From: Chitinophagaceae bacterium
GTDB taxonomy: Bacteria; Bacteroidota; Bacteroidia; Chitinophagales; Chitinophagaceae
Reading direction: 5' to 3'
DNA length: 64,000 nt
Assembly (NCBI GenBank): GCA_947442625.1
Contig: CANEWJ010000001.1
Location: 2,506 to 66,505 of the forward strand
Notes under the pieces: model-generated
The model's input: only the letters and a program-made list of their open reading frames with translations
The model's database searches: none
What the model was told of the DNA's origin: nothing
Shown here: positions 29,010-39,704 of the stretch, piece after piece
How positions within the stretch are numbered: position 1 is the first letter of the stretch
Layout of the letters: every line of letters begins with the position of its first letter
Translations under genes and position numbers: made by a program

Positions 29010-30431
29010 ATGAAGTTGAACAACGATTCACGCCGTAAATTTCTAAAAGATACAGCGCTGGTAACAGCGGCTGCATCGATGCCTTCCCTTTTTACACAGG
29101 CAAGTTCCAACCGCAAGGCTGGCGAAAAAGTAAAACTCGCCTGCATAGGCATTGGCAACCAGGGGGCTTCAGACCTGATGCAGTTCCACAAATCCGGCTT
29201 GGCTGAGTTTGTGGCCTTCTGTGATGTTGATATGGGTGCGCCCCAAACACAGGCTGTGTTGAAACAGTTTCCTGATGTGCCAAGGTTCCAGGATTTCCGC
29301 ACGATGTTCGATAAAATGGGAAATCAAATCGAAGCGGTAAGCATCGGTGTTCCCGACCATTCTCATTTTGCCATCACCATGATGGCCCTTTCTCTGGGCA
29401 AGCATGTATATGTTGAAAAGCCGATGGCACGCACCTTCAACGAGGTTGAACTGATGATGAAGGCTGCCGCCAAGCATCCTAAACTGGTTACCCAAATGGG
29501 GAACCAAGGACACTCAGAAGCCAACTATTTTCAGTTCAAGGCCTGGAAAGAAGCGGGCATCATCAAAGATGTGACGGCCATCACCGCACACATGAACTCA
29601 GCGCGTCGCTGGCATGCTTTCGATCCAAAGATCAAGAGCCTTCCTGCCAAAGAGGCCATCCCGTCTACACTTGACTGGGACACCTGGCATGGCGTGGTGA
29701 AAGAACACGACTACAACCACGATTACCACAATGGCCAATGGCGTTGTTGGTATGATTTCGGAATGGGTGCCCTCGGAGACTGGGGTGCGCACCTGATTGA
29801 TACTGCTCACCAGTTTCTTGACCTGGGGCTTCCAACAGAAGTCAGCATGTTGAGGGCCGATCAGCACAATCCATTCTTTTATCCCTATTCTTCAACCATC
29901 CTTTTCAAGTTCCCCGAGCGCAAAGGGATGCCAGCCTGTGACATCACCTGGTACGATGGATTGAACAACCTTCCTCCTTTGCCAGAAGGATATGGTTCAT
30001 CTGCAAAGTTGGATTCAAATATTCCTGCGCCAAGCAATGGAGCCATCCAATCACAGAAGTTGAATCCTGGGAAAATCATCTACAGCAAGGAACTGATTTT
30101 CAAAGGCGGTTCTCATGGAAGTACGCTTTCCATCATCCCCGAAGAAAAAGGAAGGGAAATGGCTTCCAGGCTTCCTGAAGTGCCAGTCAGCCCTTCCAAC
30201 CACTATGCCAACTTCCTCAAAGCCTGTATGGGCCAGGAAGAGACGCGTTCTCCATTTGCCATTGCAGGTCCGTTGAGCCAGGTATTTTGTTTGGGTGTGT
30301 TGTCTCAAATGCTCAATACCACATTGAAATTTGACAGGAAGAAAAAACAGATCACCAACAACAAACTCGCCAACCAATTGCTGGTGGGTGAGCCTCCAAG
30401 AAAAGGATGGGAACAGTACTATAAGATTTAG
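29010..30431 (+). CDS. Tat-exported Gfo/Idh/MocA oxidoreductase
   Basis: SRRKFL signal, IGIGNQG, PDHSH, YVEKP, GALGDWGAH. Confidence 0.9.
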   Translation: MKLNNDSRRKFLKDTALVTAAASMPSLFTQASSNRKAGEKVKLACIGIGNQGASDLMQFHKSGLAEFVAFCDVDMGAPQTQAVLKQFPDVPRFQDFRTMFDKMGNQIEAVSIGVPDHSHFAITMMALSLGKHVYVEKPMARTFNEVELMMKAAAKHPKLVTQMGNQGHSEANYFQFKAWKEAGIIKDVTAITAHMNSARRWHAFDPKIKSLPAKEAIPSTLDWDTWHGVVKEHDYNHDYHNGQWRCWYDFGMGALGDWGAHLIDTAHQFLDLGLPTEVSMLRADQHNPFFYPYSSTILFKFPERKGMPACDITWYDGLNNLPPLPEGYGSSAKLDSNIPAPSNGAIQSQKLNPGKIIYSKELIFKGGSHGSTLSIIPEEKGREMASRLPEVPVSPSNHYANFLKACMGQEETRSPFAIAGPLSQVFCLGVLSQMLNTTLKFDRKKKQITNNKLANQLLVGEPPRKGWEQYYKI

Positions 30432-30443
30432 GATATTTGCCGC

Positions 30444-31094
30444 GTGAGAAAAATCCACGCGGCATTTTTTTTGTTATTTATTTCCTGCATGGTGCATGCG
30501 CAGTCCTCCAGCATCTGGTTTTCTGCTCAGGCACCGTTGCGCATCAAGAACTGGGAATGGCACCAGGATGTTGGTTATCGAACGATTGGAAGCAGTGCCA
30601 GGGCAACATTGTGGTTGTACAGAACCGGTGTGCGGCGTTATTTTTCTGAGCACTGGAATGCAGCCGCGGGATATGCGCTTTTTTCGTCAAGGGTTGAAAA
30701 AGACAGGCCCGCATTTGGCGCAGAGAACAGGATCTGGGAGGAACTGGTAAGGCAGGATCAGTGGAGACAACTGAGGTGGGTGCAGCGTTTGCGGATAGAC
30801 CATCGCTGGTTCGATGCCACCACCAAAACACATTATTTTTCCGCCCATCGGTTCAGGTACAGAACTGCTTTCATCCAAGCCCTTGGTCCTCAACTGGACC
30901 TGCAGGTCTATGACGAAATCATGGTGCAATCGCAACAAGCCCAATGGCTTTTCAACCAGAACCGGACAGGCTTTTTCCTGCACATCAAACCCTCCAAAAA
31001 ACAGGTGTTTAATTTGGGATATACCTATTTGCATCAGCCTTTGGCCAATACCCATCTTTTCCATTTGGGCTATCAATACAACATGGTTCGTTAA
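30444..31094 (+). CDS. DUF2490 outer-membrane beta-barrel protein
   Basis: ENRIWEE, RLRIDHRW, HRFRYR, FNQNR motifs; GTG start. Confidence 0.8.
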   Translation: MRKIHAAFFLLFISCMVHAQSSSIWFSAQAPLRIKNWEWHQDVGYRTIGSSARATLWLYRTGVRRYFSEHWNAAAGYALFSSRVEKDRPAFGAENRIWEELVRQDQWRQLRWVQRLRIDHRWFDATTKTHYFSAHRFRYRTAFIQALGPQLDLQVYDEIMVQSQQAQWLFNQNRTGFFLHIKPSKKQVFNLGYTYLHQPLANTHLFHLGYQYNMVR

Positions 31095-32767
31095 ACAACA
31101 GCCAGTATGGAAAGGTCTACTATCTTGGCTTTGGATTGACCATCAAAAACAATCACCAGTTCGGTTGGTGAAGGATGAATGATCCCTTCCCGCTCCCAGG
31201 ATCCGAAATCGAAACTGATTTGCGCTACGGCATAGCGGTATTTGTTGTGGGGAAGTTTGTAAGTGTCGAGAAGGGCGAATTTTTCTTTTTTATCGTATTC
31301 CGCCAAAAAGCTTTTTGAAGGTTTTATCTTGTGTTGCAACCACTGGTCAATGGCCAGCAATTCTTGTAGCACCTTATCATTCGGGAAAAATGCTGCAATG
31401 TATCCTGCAGCAATTTCGTAGACCTTGTCTAAGCTGAAACCAATGAATTTTCCATGTTCTTGTTCAAAAAAACGGCCCAGTCCCAGCAAAAAATCGAAGA
31501 TGCTGTATTGGGCGGTTACATATTTGAGCGTATTGAACAGCCTTGGCTTGTTCCAGTATATTTCCAGGGCATGTTCCAGCAAGGTGATGTTGGCCAGTTC
31601 CTGCTCAGACAGGTAGTTGCTCCTGATGATCTGATAAGGCGCAATCGGATCAAACACATAGCCATGGTCTTTGTGTTTGTCGCGAACGGGTGTGCCCTTC
31701 AGGAATTTCAGGAAACCCAGCTGTAGTTCTGGCGGATACAATTTAAACACCTCTTCAAAGCTGAACTTGATGTCGTTCCAGTAATCCAACGGCAGACCGA
31801 CAATCAGGTCAAGGTGCATCTCTACATGGTCTTTCAGCTCCAGGATAACACCCTTGGTCTTGTCGAAATTCTGCTTCCTGCTTACTTCAAGGTTGGATTT
31901 TTGGTTGACCGTCTGGATGCCTATCTCAAAACGGAACATCCCCCTGGGAACCTTCTCTTTGATGAACTGCATGATGGCAGGATGAAGAATATCTGCGGTG
32001 ATCTCAAACTGAAAAACATTGTCGGGTCTTGCGTGGTCGAGGATGAACTGGAAAATGTCCAGGGTAAAATCTTTTTTTACATTGAAGGTCCGGTCCAGGA
32101 ACTTGATCACCCGCCCATGCGTCATCAGGTACAGGAGATTGCTCTTGATGTGCTCGGTGGGCAGGTAACGAACGCCATTGTCCAGGCTGGCCAGGCAGAA
32201 TTCGCATTTGTAAGGACAGCCGCGAGAGGTTTCAATGTACAAAACCCGGTTGCGAAGGGTTTCAGGGTCGTCGTTCTGGTAAGGATTGGTCCCTGCATAT
32301 TCTTCCAGCGGAAAATTGATTCCTTGTTGCTGGTAGATCAGGTCACCATTTTGTTTGGACACGATGTTGTTGATGGCCCCAACCTGTGGATATTGTTTTA
32401 TGAAGGCCGAGAAAGGAATTTCGCCTTCACCGGTAACAATAAAATCAATGCAATCCAGTTGGATGAGGGCCTGCCAGTCGTAAGTAACTTCCGGCCCGCC
32501 CAGCAAGATCCTGGCATGGGGGTTGAGGGCTTTGATTTTTTCTGCCACAGCCAATGTCTGGGTGATGTTCCAGATATAACAACTGAAACAGACCACATCA
32601 AAATGGCTGCAATAGGCAGCTATCTCGTCAGGGTCTTCCTTGATGGTAAACTCCTTCCAGCTCAAGCGCTCATCGCCCTTGTTCAGCTCGAACAAAAGCC
32701 GAATGGCCAAATTCATGTGGATGTACTTGGCGTTAAGTGTGGTCAATAAGAATTTGGCGGCTGGCAT
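31091..32767 (-). CDS. B12-binding radical SAM protein (DUF4080 C-terminus)
   Basis: N-terminal cobalamin-binding region (FSCYIWN, GGPEV), ETSRGCPYKCEFC, DLIVGLP. Confidence 0.88.
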   Translation of the reverse strand: MPAAKFLLTTLNAKYIHMNLAIRLLFELNKGDERLSWKEFTIKEDPDEIAAYCSHFDVVCFSCYIWNITQTLAVAEKIKALNPHARILLGGPEVTYDWQALIQLDCIDFIVTGEGEIPFSAFIKQYPQVGAINNIVSKQNGDLIYQQQGINFPLEEYAGTNPYQNDDPETLRNRVLYIETSRGCPYKCEFCLASLDNGVRYLPTEHIKSNLLYLMTHGRVIKFLDRTFNVKKDFTLDIFQFILDHARPDNVFQFEITADILHPAIMQFIKEKVPRGMFRFEIGIQTVNQKSNLEVSRKQNFDKTKGVILELKDHVEMHLDLIVGLPLDYWNDIKFSFEEVFKLYPPELQLGFLKFLKGTPVRDKHKDHGYVFDPIAPYQIIRSNYLSEQELANITLLEHALEIYWNKPRLFNTLKYVTAQYSIFDFLLGLGRFFEQEHGKFIGFSLDKVYEIAAGYIAAFFPNDKVLQELLAIDQWLQHKIKPSKSFLAEYDKKEKFALLDTYKLPHNKYRYAVAQISFDFGSWEREGIIHPSPTELVIVFDGQSKAKIVDLSILAVV

Positions 32768-32794
32768 GGGCACAAAGGTGACCAATTAATCACG

Positions 32795-32829
32795 AAAAAA
32801 GAAAAGCCTTCCAAGGTTGGAAGGCTTTT
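32795..32829 (-). terminator. Intrinsic terminator after the SSS symporter
   Basis: AAAAGCCTTCCAA-NN-TTGGAAGGCTTTT followed by a U-tract on the minus strand. Confidence 0.8.
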
Positions 32830-32850
32830 GCTTAAACAAAACAGGATATC

Positions 32851-34575
32851 TTACCAGAATCTCACATACAATGCTGCAAGAATCATCAGGGTGGCCACAA
32901 TCAGGACAATGGTCTGCGGCTTCAGTTTCAGCATTGATTTGTCTGTCTCAAATGCTTTTGGATTCACTTTCGGACCAGCCAGACTGATCAGCACCATGGT
33001 GCCAACGGTGAGGACGAAAGACCATCCCATGTTGATCAGGAATGGGATTTCAACGATGGTCTTCACAATGCCGCCTTCCATTTTCTGGTATTCGTATGCG
33101 GTATAGAGCAGGGTTTCTTTTCCGAAAATACCCACGGCATAGTTGTTGAAGAAGATGGCCAGCAAAAAGCCAAGCACCACGCCCACCAGGGCTGCTGTTC
33201 CTGTCGTGCGTTTCCAGAACATCCCCAGGATGAACATGGCAAAAACACCAGGGCTGATGAAGCCAGTGTATTTCTGGATAAAGGTGAACCCACCTTCACC
33301 GCCAATGCCCAGGGAATCTTTCCAGGTAAAAAGCAATGCGACAAACATGGAGGCAACAATGGCCAAACGCCCCGTCCAGACCAGTTTCTTTTCATCGGCG
33401 TCCTTGCTGATGTATTTCTTGAAAATGTCCAGCGTGAAAATGGTGGAGATGCTGTTGGCCTTGCCGGCAAGGGACGCAACAATGGCTGCCGTCAGTGCTG
33501 CAATCGAAAGGCCCTTCAGGCCTGCGGGGAGAAAGCCAAGGATGGCGGAGTAGGCGCCGTCCTTGCTACCACCTTCGAGTTGGGGGAGATGGCCATTCTT
33601 GAACAGCACATAGGCTGCGATACCTGGAAGCATCACAATCACAGGCATCAGGAGTTTGATGAAGCCGGCAAAAAGAATACCGGTGCGGGCAGTCTGCAAA
33701 TCCGCGCCCAGGGCCCTTTGTGTGATGTATTGGTTGCATCCCCAGTAGTTGAGGTTCAAAATCCACTGTCCTGCAAAATACATGGCAATGCCCGGCAACA
33801 CCACATATTTCTGGATTTCCAGGTTTACCGGTTGATCAATCGTGGCAGAGGTTACGGCAGGTTTAGGGAGGATCATGTGAAAATGTTCAGGTGCCTGCTT
33901 CATCAGGTCTGCCAATCCCGCCAGGGCAGTTCCTCCCGAGCCAAAGGTATCGCTCACGATCGTGAGGGCCATATAGGTGGTGGCAAGACCGCCGATGATC
34001 AAGACCGCAACCTGGATTACGTCGGTATATCCAATCACCTTCATGCCGCCCAAGGTGATGATCACTGCAAAAAGCATCAACAGGATCATGATGAGGTGAA
34101 GGTAATCGCCACCCAGCAAGCCATTGATGGCCACGGCTCCGAGGTAAAGGATGGAGGTGAGGTTCACAAAAATGTACAGGAACAACCAGAAGATGGCCAT
34201 GATCAATGCCACAGAATCGTTGTAGCGGGTGGTCAGGAACTGAGGCATTGTGAAGATCTTGTTCTTCAGGTAAATCGGAATGAACCATATGGCAATGATG
34301 ACAAGGCCGAGAGCGGCAATCCATTCGTAGGCAGAAATGGCAATGCCGAGAAAAAACCCTTCGCCACTCATTCCAATGAACTGTTCTGCAGAGATGTTGG
34401 AGGCAATCAGCGAAGCACCGATAGCCCACCAGGTAAGGGAGCCTTCAGCGAGGAAAAAGTCTTTGGTATCAGTGGTTGCTTTTTTCTTTTTGTTGTAAAT
34501 CCAGTAGCCGTAGCTGGACACAATGACAAAATAAATCATGAATACGACAAAGTCAATCGTTTGCAAGGAGCCCAT
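32851..34575 (-). CDS. Sodium/sugar symporter (SSS family)
   Basis: ASNISAEQFIGMSG, YWGCNQYITQRALGA; ~14 TM segments. Confidence 0.93.
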   Translation of the reverse strand: MGSLQTIDFVVFMIYFVIVSSYGYWIYNKKKKATTDTKDFFLAEGSLTWWAIGASLIASNISAEQFIGMSGEGFFLGIAISAYEWIAALGLVIIAIWFIPIYLKNKIFTMPQFLTTRYNDSVALIMAIFWLFLYIFVNLTSILYLGAVAINGLLGGDYLHLIMILLMLFAVIITLGGMKVIGYTDVIQVAVLIIGGLATTYMALTIVSDTFGSGGTALAGLADLMKQAPEHFHMILPKPAVTSATIDQPVNLEIQKYVVLPGIAMYFAGQWILNLNYWGCNQYITQRALGADLQTARTGILFAGFIKLLMPVIVMLPGIAAYVLFKNGHLPQLEGGSKDGAYSAILGFLPAGLKGLSIAALTAAIVASLAGKANSISTIFTLDIFKKYISKDADEKKLVWTGRLAIVASMFVALLFTWKDSLGIGGEGGFTFIQKYTGFISPGVFAMFILGMFWKRTTGTAALVGVVLGFLLAIFFNNYAVGIFGKETLLYTAYEYQKMEGGIVKTIVEIPFLINMGWSFVLTVGTMVLISLAGPKVNPKAFETDKSMLKLKPQTIVLIVATLMILAALYVRFW

Positions 34576-34648
34576 AATCGTTGGTTTTGGTTGTTAAGGG
34601 GTAACTGAACAGTATATGTTTGGTGCTTACATCAACAGTATTGGCTGA

Positions 34649-36016
34649 TCAGATTACTTCCGGCAAAAGATAAGGCGCCCTGTAATCGCGGCTCAGCATG
34701 GCATTGGCTTCATTCTCGCCTTCGCCGATGAACCTTTCGGCCACAGGGTCGAACTCCAGTTGACGGCCCAGGCGGTAAGATATATTGCCCAAGTGAGCGA
34801 GCGAAGAGGAAAGATGCCCTGTTTGAACAGGTCCGTTCTGGATGCTCATGTCCCTTGTGCGAATGGCATCAAACCAGTTTTGGAAATGCAAGCCCAGTTC
34901 ACCGCCCTCAGAACGGCTTGGTCCTTTTTCCCTTTTTTCACCCAGATAGGTTTCGTATGTATTGTAGCCCTTTACTACCATGTATCCTTTCTCTCCGTAG
35001 AAAATATTGCCTACGCCAGCGCCATCCTCAAGGTTGGTGTTCCAGTGGCGCACTTCAAACTGGATCATCTTTTTTTGCTTGGGATAATGGTAGATGGATG
35101 TTTGCACTTCAGGCACTTCCTTGCAATCGTCCCAAAGGAATTTTCCACCCATGGAGGTGATTCTTTCCGGAAGCTGGTCTACGCCCAGGCCCCACATGCA
35201 GAGATCGGTTTCGTGGATGCCCTGGTTGCCCACATCGCCATTGCCATAGTTCCAATGCCAATGCCAGTTGTAGTGAACAAGGTTTTTGCTGAAAGGACGC
35301 ATCGGTGCGGGTCCGCACCAGAGGTCGTAGTTCAGTCCCGCAGGAATCGGGGAGATGCCCTTGTTGCCAATGTCTGGTCTTCTGCGGTATACCAACCCGC
35401 GAGACATGTATACTTTTCCGATGAGTCCTTCTTCCAGGTGTTTGACCGCTTCGCGGATGGCCACTGAACTGCGCAGTTGAACACCGTGTTGCACAATGCG
35501 GTTGTATTTGTAGGCCGCTTCGATCATCTTCTTGCCCTCGTGGATGTTGTGCGTGGCAGGCTTTTCAACATATACATCTTTTCCTGCCTGACAGGCCCAG
35601 ATGGTTTGCAATGCATGCCAATGGTTGGGTGTGGCCAATGTCACTGCATCAATAGTTTTATCATCGTAAATCTTCCGGAAGTCCTGCTCTATCGCCACTT
35701 TCTTGCCGTATTTCTTTTCAAAATCAGCAGCAGCAACCTTGAGAAGGTTCATGTCTGGGTCGCAGAGTGCCACCACTTCAACATTTGATTTTGCAGCCAG
35801 GTCCATGATCTCTTCAACATGGGTCTTGCCCCTGCCATTGATACCGAGTACTGCAATGCGTATGCGGTCGTTGGCACCGATGATGCGGGAATTCCCTGAA
35901 GCGGTTTGTGTTGTTTCGGCCATTGCAAATGCGGATGGAGCAATGGCGGCGACTGCAGCCTTGCCTGCGGCAGACCTGATGAAAGATCTCCTTGAGTTGT
36001 TGGATGATTGTTGCAT
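34649..36016 (-). CDS. Tat-exported Gfo/Idh/MocA oxidoreductase
   Basis: SRRSFI signal, LGINGRG, PNHWH, YVEKP, NQGIHETD. Confidence 0.9.
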   Translation of the reverse strand: MQQSSNNSRRSFIRSAAGKAAVAAIAPSAFAMAETTQTASGNSRIIGANDRIRIAVLGINGRGKTHVEEIMDLAAKSNVEVVALCDPDMNLLKVAAADFEKKYGKKVAIEQDFRKIYDDKTIDAVTLATPNHWHALQTIWACQAGKDVYVEKPATHNIHEGKKMIEAAYKYNRIVQHGVQLRSSVAIREAVKHLEEGLIGKVYMSRGLVYRRRPDIGNKGISPIPAGLNYDLWCGPAPMRPFSKNLVHYNWHWHWNYGNGDVGNQGIHETDLCMWGLGVDQLPERITSMGGKFLWDDCKEVPEVQTSIYHYPKQKKMIQFEVRHWNTNLEDGAGVGNIFYGEKGYMVVKGYNTYETYLGEKREKGPSRSEGGELGLHFQNWFDAIRTRDMSIQNGPVQTGHLSSSLAHLGNISYRLGRQLEFDPVAERFIGEGENEANAMLSRDYRAPYLLPEVI

Positions 36017-36086
36017 TTCTAAATTTAAGACAAAAACCAATTGATTGTCTCATTTCAAATTATCTTGAATTGCGTAAATTCATTCC

Positions 36087-36674
36087 ATGAAAAAATTAAT
36101 TGCTTCTTTTTTACTATTTATGGTCATTGTTTCAACGCAAGCACAAGACCCCAAATTGAAAAAAATATTCAACGGAAAAAACCTGAAAGGCTGGGTAGAG
36201 CCCGCCAACAATGTATGGTGGACAGTAAACGATGGCATTCTTTTTGTAAAGAGTACTGCTGAAAAAAAAGGCAGCATTTTGTGGTCTGAGAACAAGTATG
36301 AAAATTTTATCATCCAGGCTGATTTCCTGATGGGTGATGGCACCGTTGATTCCGGAATTTTCCTCCGATCAGAACATGATCAAATTCAGATCGGGATTTC
36401 CGGCTCATTGAAAAGGGATCTTACTGCATCGCCTTATATTCCTAAAAAAGGCTATCCTGTTGAGGCCAAGGTGAAAGACATCCTCAAGCTGAAAGACTGG
36501 AATACCATGAAAGTAAAGGTGGTAGGAAGCACCTATACCGTTTGGCTGAATGGCAATGAAGTGATGACCTATACCTCAGAGAACATGCCAGCATCCGGAC
36601 CGGTTGGATTCCAGTTGCATCCCGGCAATGAAATGTCTTGCAGTTTCAAAAACATCAGGCTGGCTGCACTCTAG
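36087..36674 (+). CDS. DUF1080 (3-keto-disaccharide hydrolase family) protein
   Basis: IFNGKNLKGW, DSGIFLR, WNTMKV, GFQLH. Confidence 0.88.
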   Translation: MKKLIASFLLFMVIVSTQAQDPKLKKIFNGKNLKGWVEPANNVWWTVNDGILFVKSTAEKKGSILWSENKYENFIIQADFLMGDGTVDSGIFLRSEHDQIQIGISGSLKRDLTASPYIPKKGYPVEAKVKDILKLKDWNTMKVKVVGSTYTVWLNGNEVMTYTSENMPASGPVGFQLHPGNEMSCSFKNIRLAAL

Positions 36675-36708
36675 CCCCATCAATCATTTATTGCTCCAAA
36701 ACAAAACC

Positions 36709-38079
36709 ATGAACAAGATTCTTGCCATTTCTCTCTTGCTATCTCTGTGCGCCTCCTCCGCCAACGCCGATGTAAAGCCACACGGCATGTTCAATGACCA
36801 TGCTGTACTGCAGCGCGGCATCAACATACCGGTTTGGGGTACTGCTGCAACTGGAGAAAAAATAACTGTTTCCATGAATGGACAGACCGTCAGCACGGTG
36901 GCACAAAATGGCCAATGGGAAGTTTCTTTTCAGCCGATGAATGCTGGAGGCCCTTACACCATGACCATCCAGGGCAACAATACCATCACCCTGAACGATA
37001 TCATGATTGGTGAAGTTTGGCTGGCCAGTGGGCAGTCCAACATGGAGAGACAGCTTGGCCCCAGGAGAGGACAGCAACTCCTCACCAACTGGTTGGAAGA
37101 GAAAAAAAATGCAGCCAACAACAATATCAGGATGATCACCATCCCGCTAAAAACAAACAGCAACCCACAAACGGAAATCAAGGCCGATTGGAAGGTTTGC
37201 GATACCACATCAGTAGTGGAGTTTTCTGCAGTGGCGTATTTTTTTGCCCGCGACCTGCAAGCCAAATTGAATGTGCCCATCGGCATCATCCATTCTTCCT
37301 GGGGAGGCACACCTGCAGAGAAATGGATCAGCAAAGAAGCCATGATGGCCAATGACACACTGGTCCAGGGCCTGATGAAGGCAGATGAAAAAAGAAAGTC
37401 GGCCTATAGTGGATTGTACAATGCAATGATTGCACCCTTGATTCCTTATGGTATCAAAGGTGCCATCTGGTACCAGGGGGAAAGCAACAGAAACGAATCC
37501 ACGCTTTATCAAACACTGTTCCCCGCAATGATTACCGATTGGAGAAGCCGCTGGAAACTCGGTGATTTCCCATTCTTGTTTGTGCAGGTTGCACCTTACA
37601 AAGACATGACTCCTGAAATCAGGGAATCACAACTCATTTCTTATCAACGCGTGCCCAATACCGCCATGGTGGTGACTACCGATTGTGGTGATTGCAAAGA
37701 CATCCATCCTGTGAACAAACAACCGGTGGGCTATAGGCTTTCATTGGGAGCAAGGGCGTTGGCCTACGGAGAAAAAATCGCGTACATGGGTCCTGTTCAA
37801 ACATCCGTCAAGCGCAGTGGCAACAAGCTTGTGCTGGGCTTTGACCATGCCCAAAAAGGATTGCAAAAAAATGATGCATTGAAAGGATTCGAGATCAGCG
37901 CAGGTGGTGATGCATTTGTACCAGCCAAGGCAAAAGTGAAGGGAAAGACCGTTGTTGTCTGGTCCGAGGAACTCAAAGCAGCGCCGGTGTCCGTTCGCTA
38001 TGGCTGGAGCAATTGCATGGATGTAAACCTATTCAACAAGGATTCCTTGCCTGCCTCTCCATTCAGGGTTAAACTTTAA
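36709..38079 (+). CDS. Sialate O-acetylesterase (SGNH) family
   Basis: GEVWLASGQSNM, WGGT, WYQGES, DIHP. Confidence 0.9.
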   Translation: MNKILAISLLLSLCASSANADVKPHGMFNDHAVLQRGINIPVWGTAATGEKITVSMNGQTVSTVAQNGQWEVSFQPMNAGGPYTMTIQGNNTITLNDIMIGEVWLASGQSNMERQLGPRRGQQLLTNWLEEKKNAANNNIRMITIPLKTNSNPQTEIKADWKVCDTTSVVEFSAVAYFFARDLQAKLNVPIGIIHSSWGGTPAEKWISKEAMMANDTLVQGLMKADEKRKSAYSGLYNAMIAPLIPYGIKGAIWYQGESNRNESTLYQTLFPAMITDWRSRWKLGDFPFLFVQVAPYKDMTPEIRESQLISYQRVPNTAMVVTTDCGDCKDIHPVNKQPVGYRLSLGARALAYGEKIAYMGPVQTSVKRSGNKLVLGFDHAQKGLQKNDALKGFEISAGGDAFVPAKAKVKGKTVVVWSEELKAAPVSVRYGWSNCMDVNLFNKDSLPASPFRVKL

Positions 38080-38104
38080 AATCTCAATTGATCAAAACAA
38101 GCAT

Positions 38105-39703
38105 ATGAAAAGAATCTTACTGGCCTTTCTGATTGCAGGATTTTCATTTTCTGCCATCGCGCAAAACGCATATAACCTGATTCCAGTGCCCAAACAACTG
38201 ACTCCTGCCGAGGGCAGTTTCACCATCAAAAAGGGCATGGGCATCGCCATTGGCGATGAATCTTTGAGGGCTGTGGCCGACATGCTGGCGGCACAGTGCC
38301 AAACCGCTTCAGGCATCGTCCTTCCTGTAAAAACAGGTAAGGCTTCATCTGGCATTATATTTGTGATGAACAGTACTCTTGGTGAAGAGGCTTATGCGTT
38401 GAATGTCACCTCCAAAAAAATTGAAGTGCAGGCCAAAACCGGCAAGGGTGCTTTCTATGCACTGCAGACCCTCATGCAGCTCATGCCTGCACAGATCCAT
38501 GGAAAGGATATGGCTGCAACTGCATTGACCATCCCCAACTGTACCATTGCTGATGAGCCGCGCTTCAGCTACCGTGGCCTGATGCTGGACGTAGGCCGTC
38601 ATTATTATCCCGTTGACCATATCAAAAGATTCATCGACCTGATGGCGATGTACAAGATGAATATTTTCCATTGGCACCTCACAGAAGACCAGGGCTGGAG
38701 AATTGAGATCAAAAAATATCCATTGCTCACCAAAATTTCTTCCATCAGAAAAGAGTCTACCGTTGGGCGTTACAGCGACAAGAAGTTTGACGGCAAGCCA
38801 TACGGCGGGTTTTATACCCAGGAGGAAGTAAAAGATATCGTTGCTTATGCAGGCAAGAAATTTATCACAGTCATCCCGGAAATTGAAATGCCCGGACACT
38901 CACAAGCCGTGCTGGCAGCCTATCCGCAATTGGGTGCCAATGCAGACAGGATCTACCAGGTAGGCACCAAGTGGGGCGTTTCAGAAGATGTTCTGTTCCC
39001 GCGCGAAGAGACTTTTACCTTCTTGGAGAATGTGTTGACCGAAGTGATGGCTTTGTTCCCTGGCCCCTACATCCATATTGGTGGTGATGAGTGCCCGAAA
39101 GCACAATGGAAAGAAAGCCGTTTCTGCCAGGACCTCATCAAGAAACAAGGGCTCAAAGATGAACATGAGTTGCAGAGTTATTTCATCCGCAGGATTGATA
39201 AATTCATCACTTCCAAAGGAAGAAAATTATTGGGCTGGGATGAGATCCTTGAAGGCGGCTTGTCTCCCAACGCTACCGTGATGTCATGGAGGGGAACAGC
39301 GGGTGGTATTGAAGCTGCCAAGCAGGGACACGATGTGGTCATGTCTCCCAACAGCTTTTTGTATTTTGATTATTACCAGGACGATCCTAAAACAGAGCCC
39401 ATCGCGATTGGTGGCAACCTGACCCTAGCCAAGACCTATTCATTTGAACCCTATTTGCCAGAGCTCACTGCAGCCGAAGCAAAGCATGTGATTGGTATCC
39501 AGGGCAATGTTTGGACGGAGTATATCAAGGACCTGCCTTATGCAGAATACATGACCTATCCAAGGGCCCTGGCCCTGGCAGAAATCGCCTGGTCTCCGAT
39601 GGCATCAAAAAACTATGGTGATTTTAAAAAGCGTGTGACAGGCCATTTGCCTGTGTTGGACGTTTTGAGAGTCAACTATGCCAAATCGTTTTTAAAGCAG
39701 TAA
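38105..39703 (+). CDS. Beta-N-acetylhexosaminidase (GH20)
   Basis: RGLMLDVGRH, HWHLTEDQGWR, PEIEMPGH, HIGGDE. Confidence 0.94.
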   Translation: MKRILLAFLIAGFSFSAIAQNAYNLIPVPKQLTPAEGSFTIKKGMGIAIGDESLRAVADMLAAQCQTASGIVLPVKTGKASSGIIFVMNSTLGEEAYALNVTSKKIEVQAKTGKGAFYALQTLMQLMPAQIHGKDMAATALTIPNCTIADEPRFSYRGLMLDVGRHYYPVDHIKRFIDLMAMYKMNIFHWHLTEDQGWRIEIKKYPLLTKISSIRKESTVGRYSDKKFDGKPYGGFYTQEEVKDIVAYAGKKFITVIPEIEMPGHSQAVLAAYPQLGANADRIYQVGTKWGVSEDVLFPREETFTFLENVLTEVMALFPGPYIHIGGDECPKAQWKESRFCQDLIKKQGLKDEHELQSYFIRRIDKFITSKGRKLLGWDEILEGGLSPNATVMSWRGTAGGIEAAKQGHDVVMSPNSFLYFDYYQDDPKTEPIAIGGNLTLAKTYSFEPYLPELTAAEAKHVIGIQGNVWTEYIKDLPYAEYMTYPRALALAEIAWSPMASKNYGDFKKRVTGHLPVLDVLRVNYAKSFLKQ

Positions 39704-39704
39704 G

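Noticed and set aside
31814-32749. 311-aa plus-strand ORF
   Set aside because: Antisense to the radical SAM gene
33580-34608. 342-aa plus-strand ORF
   Set aside because: Antisense to the SSS symporter; a codon-bias artefact
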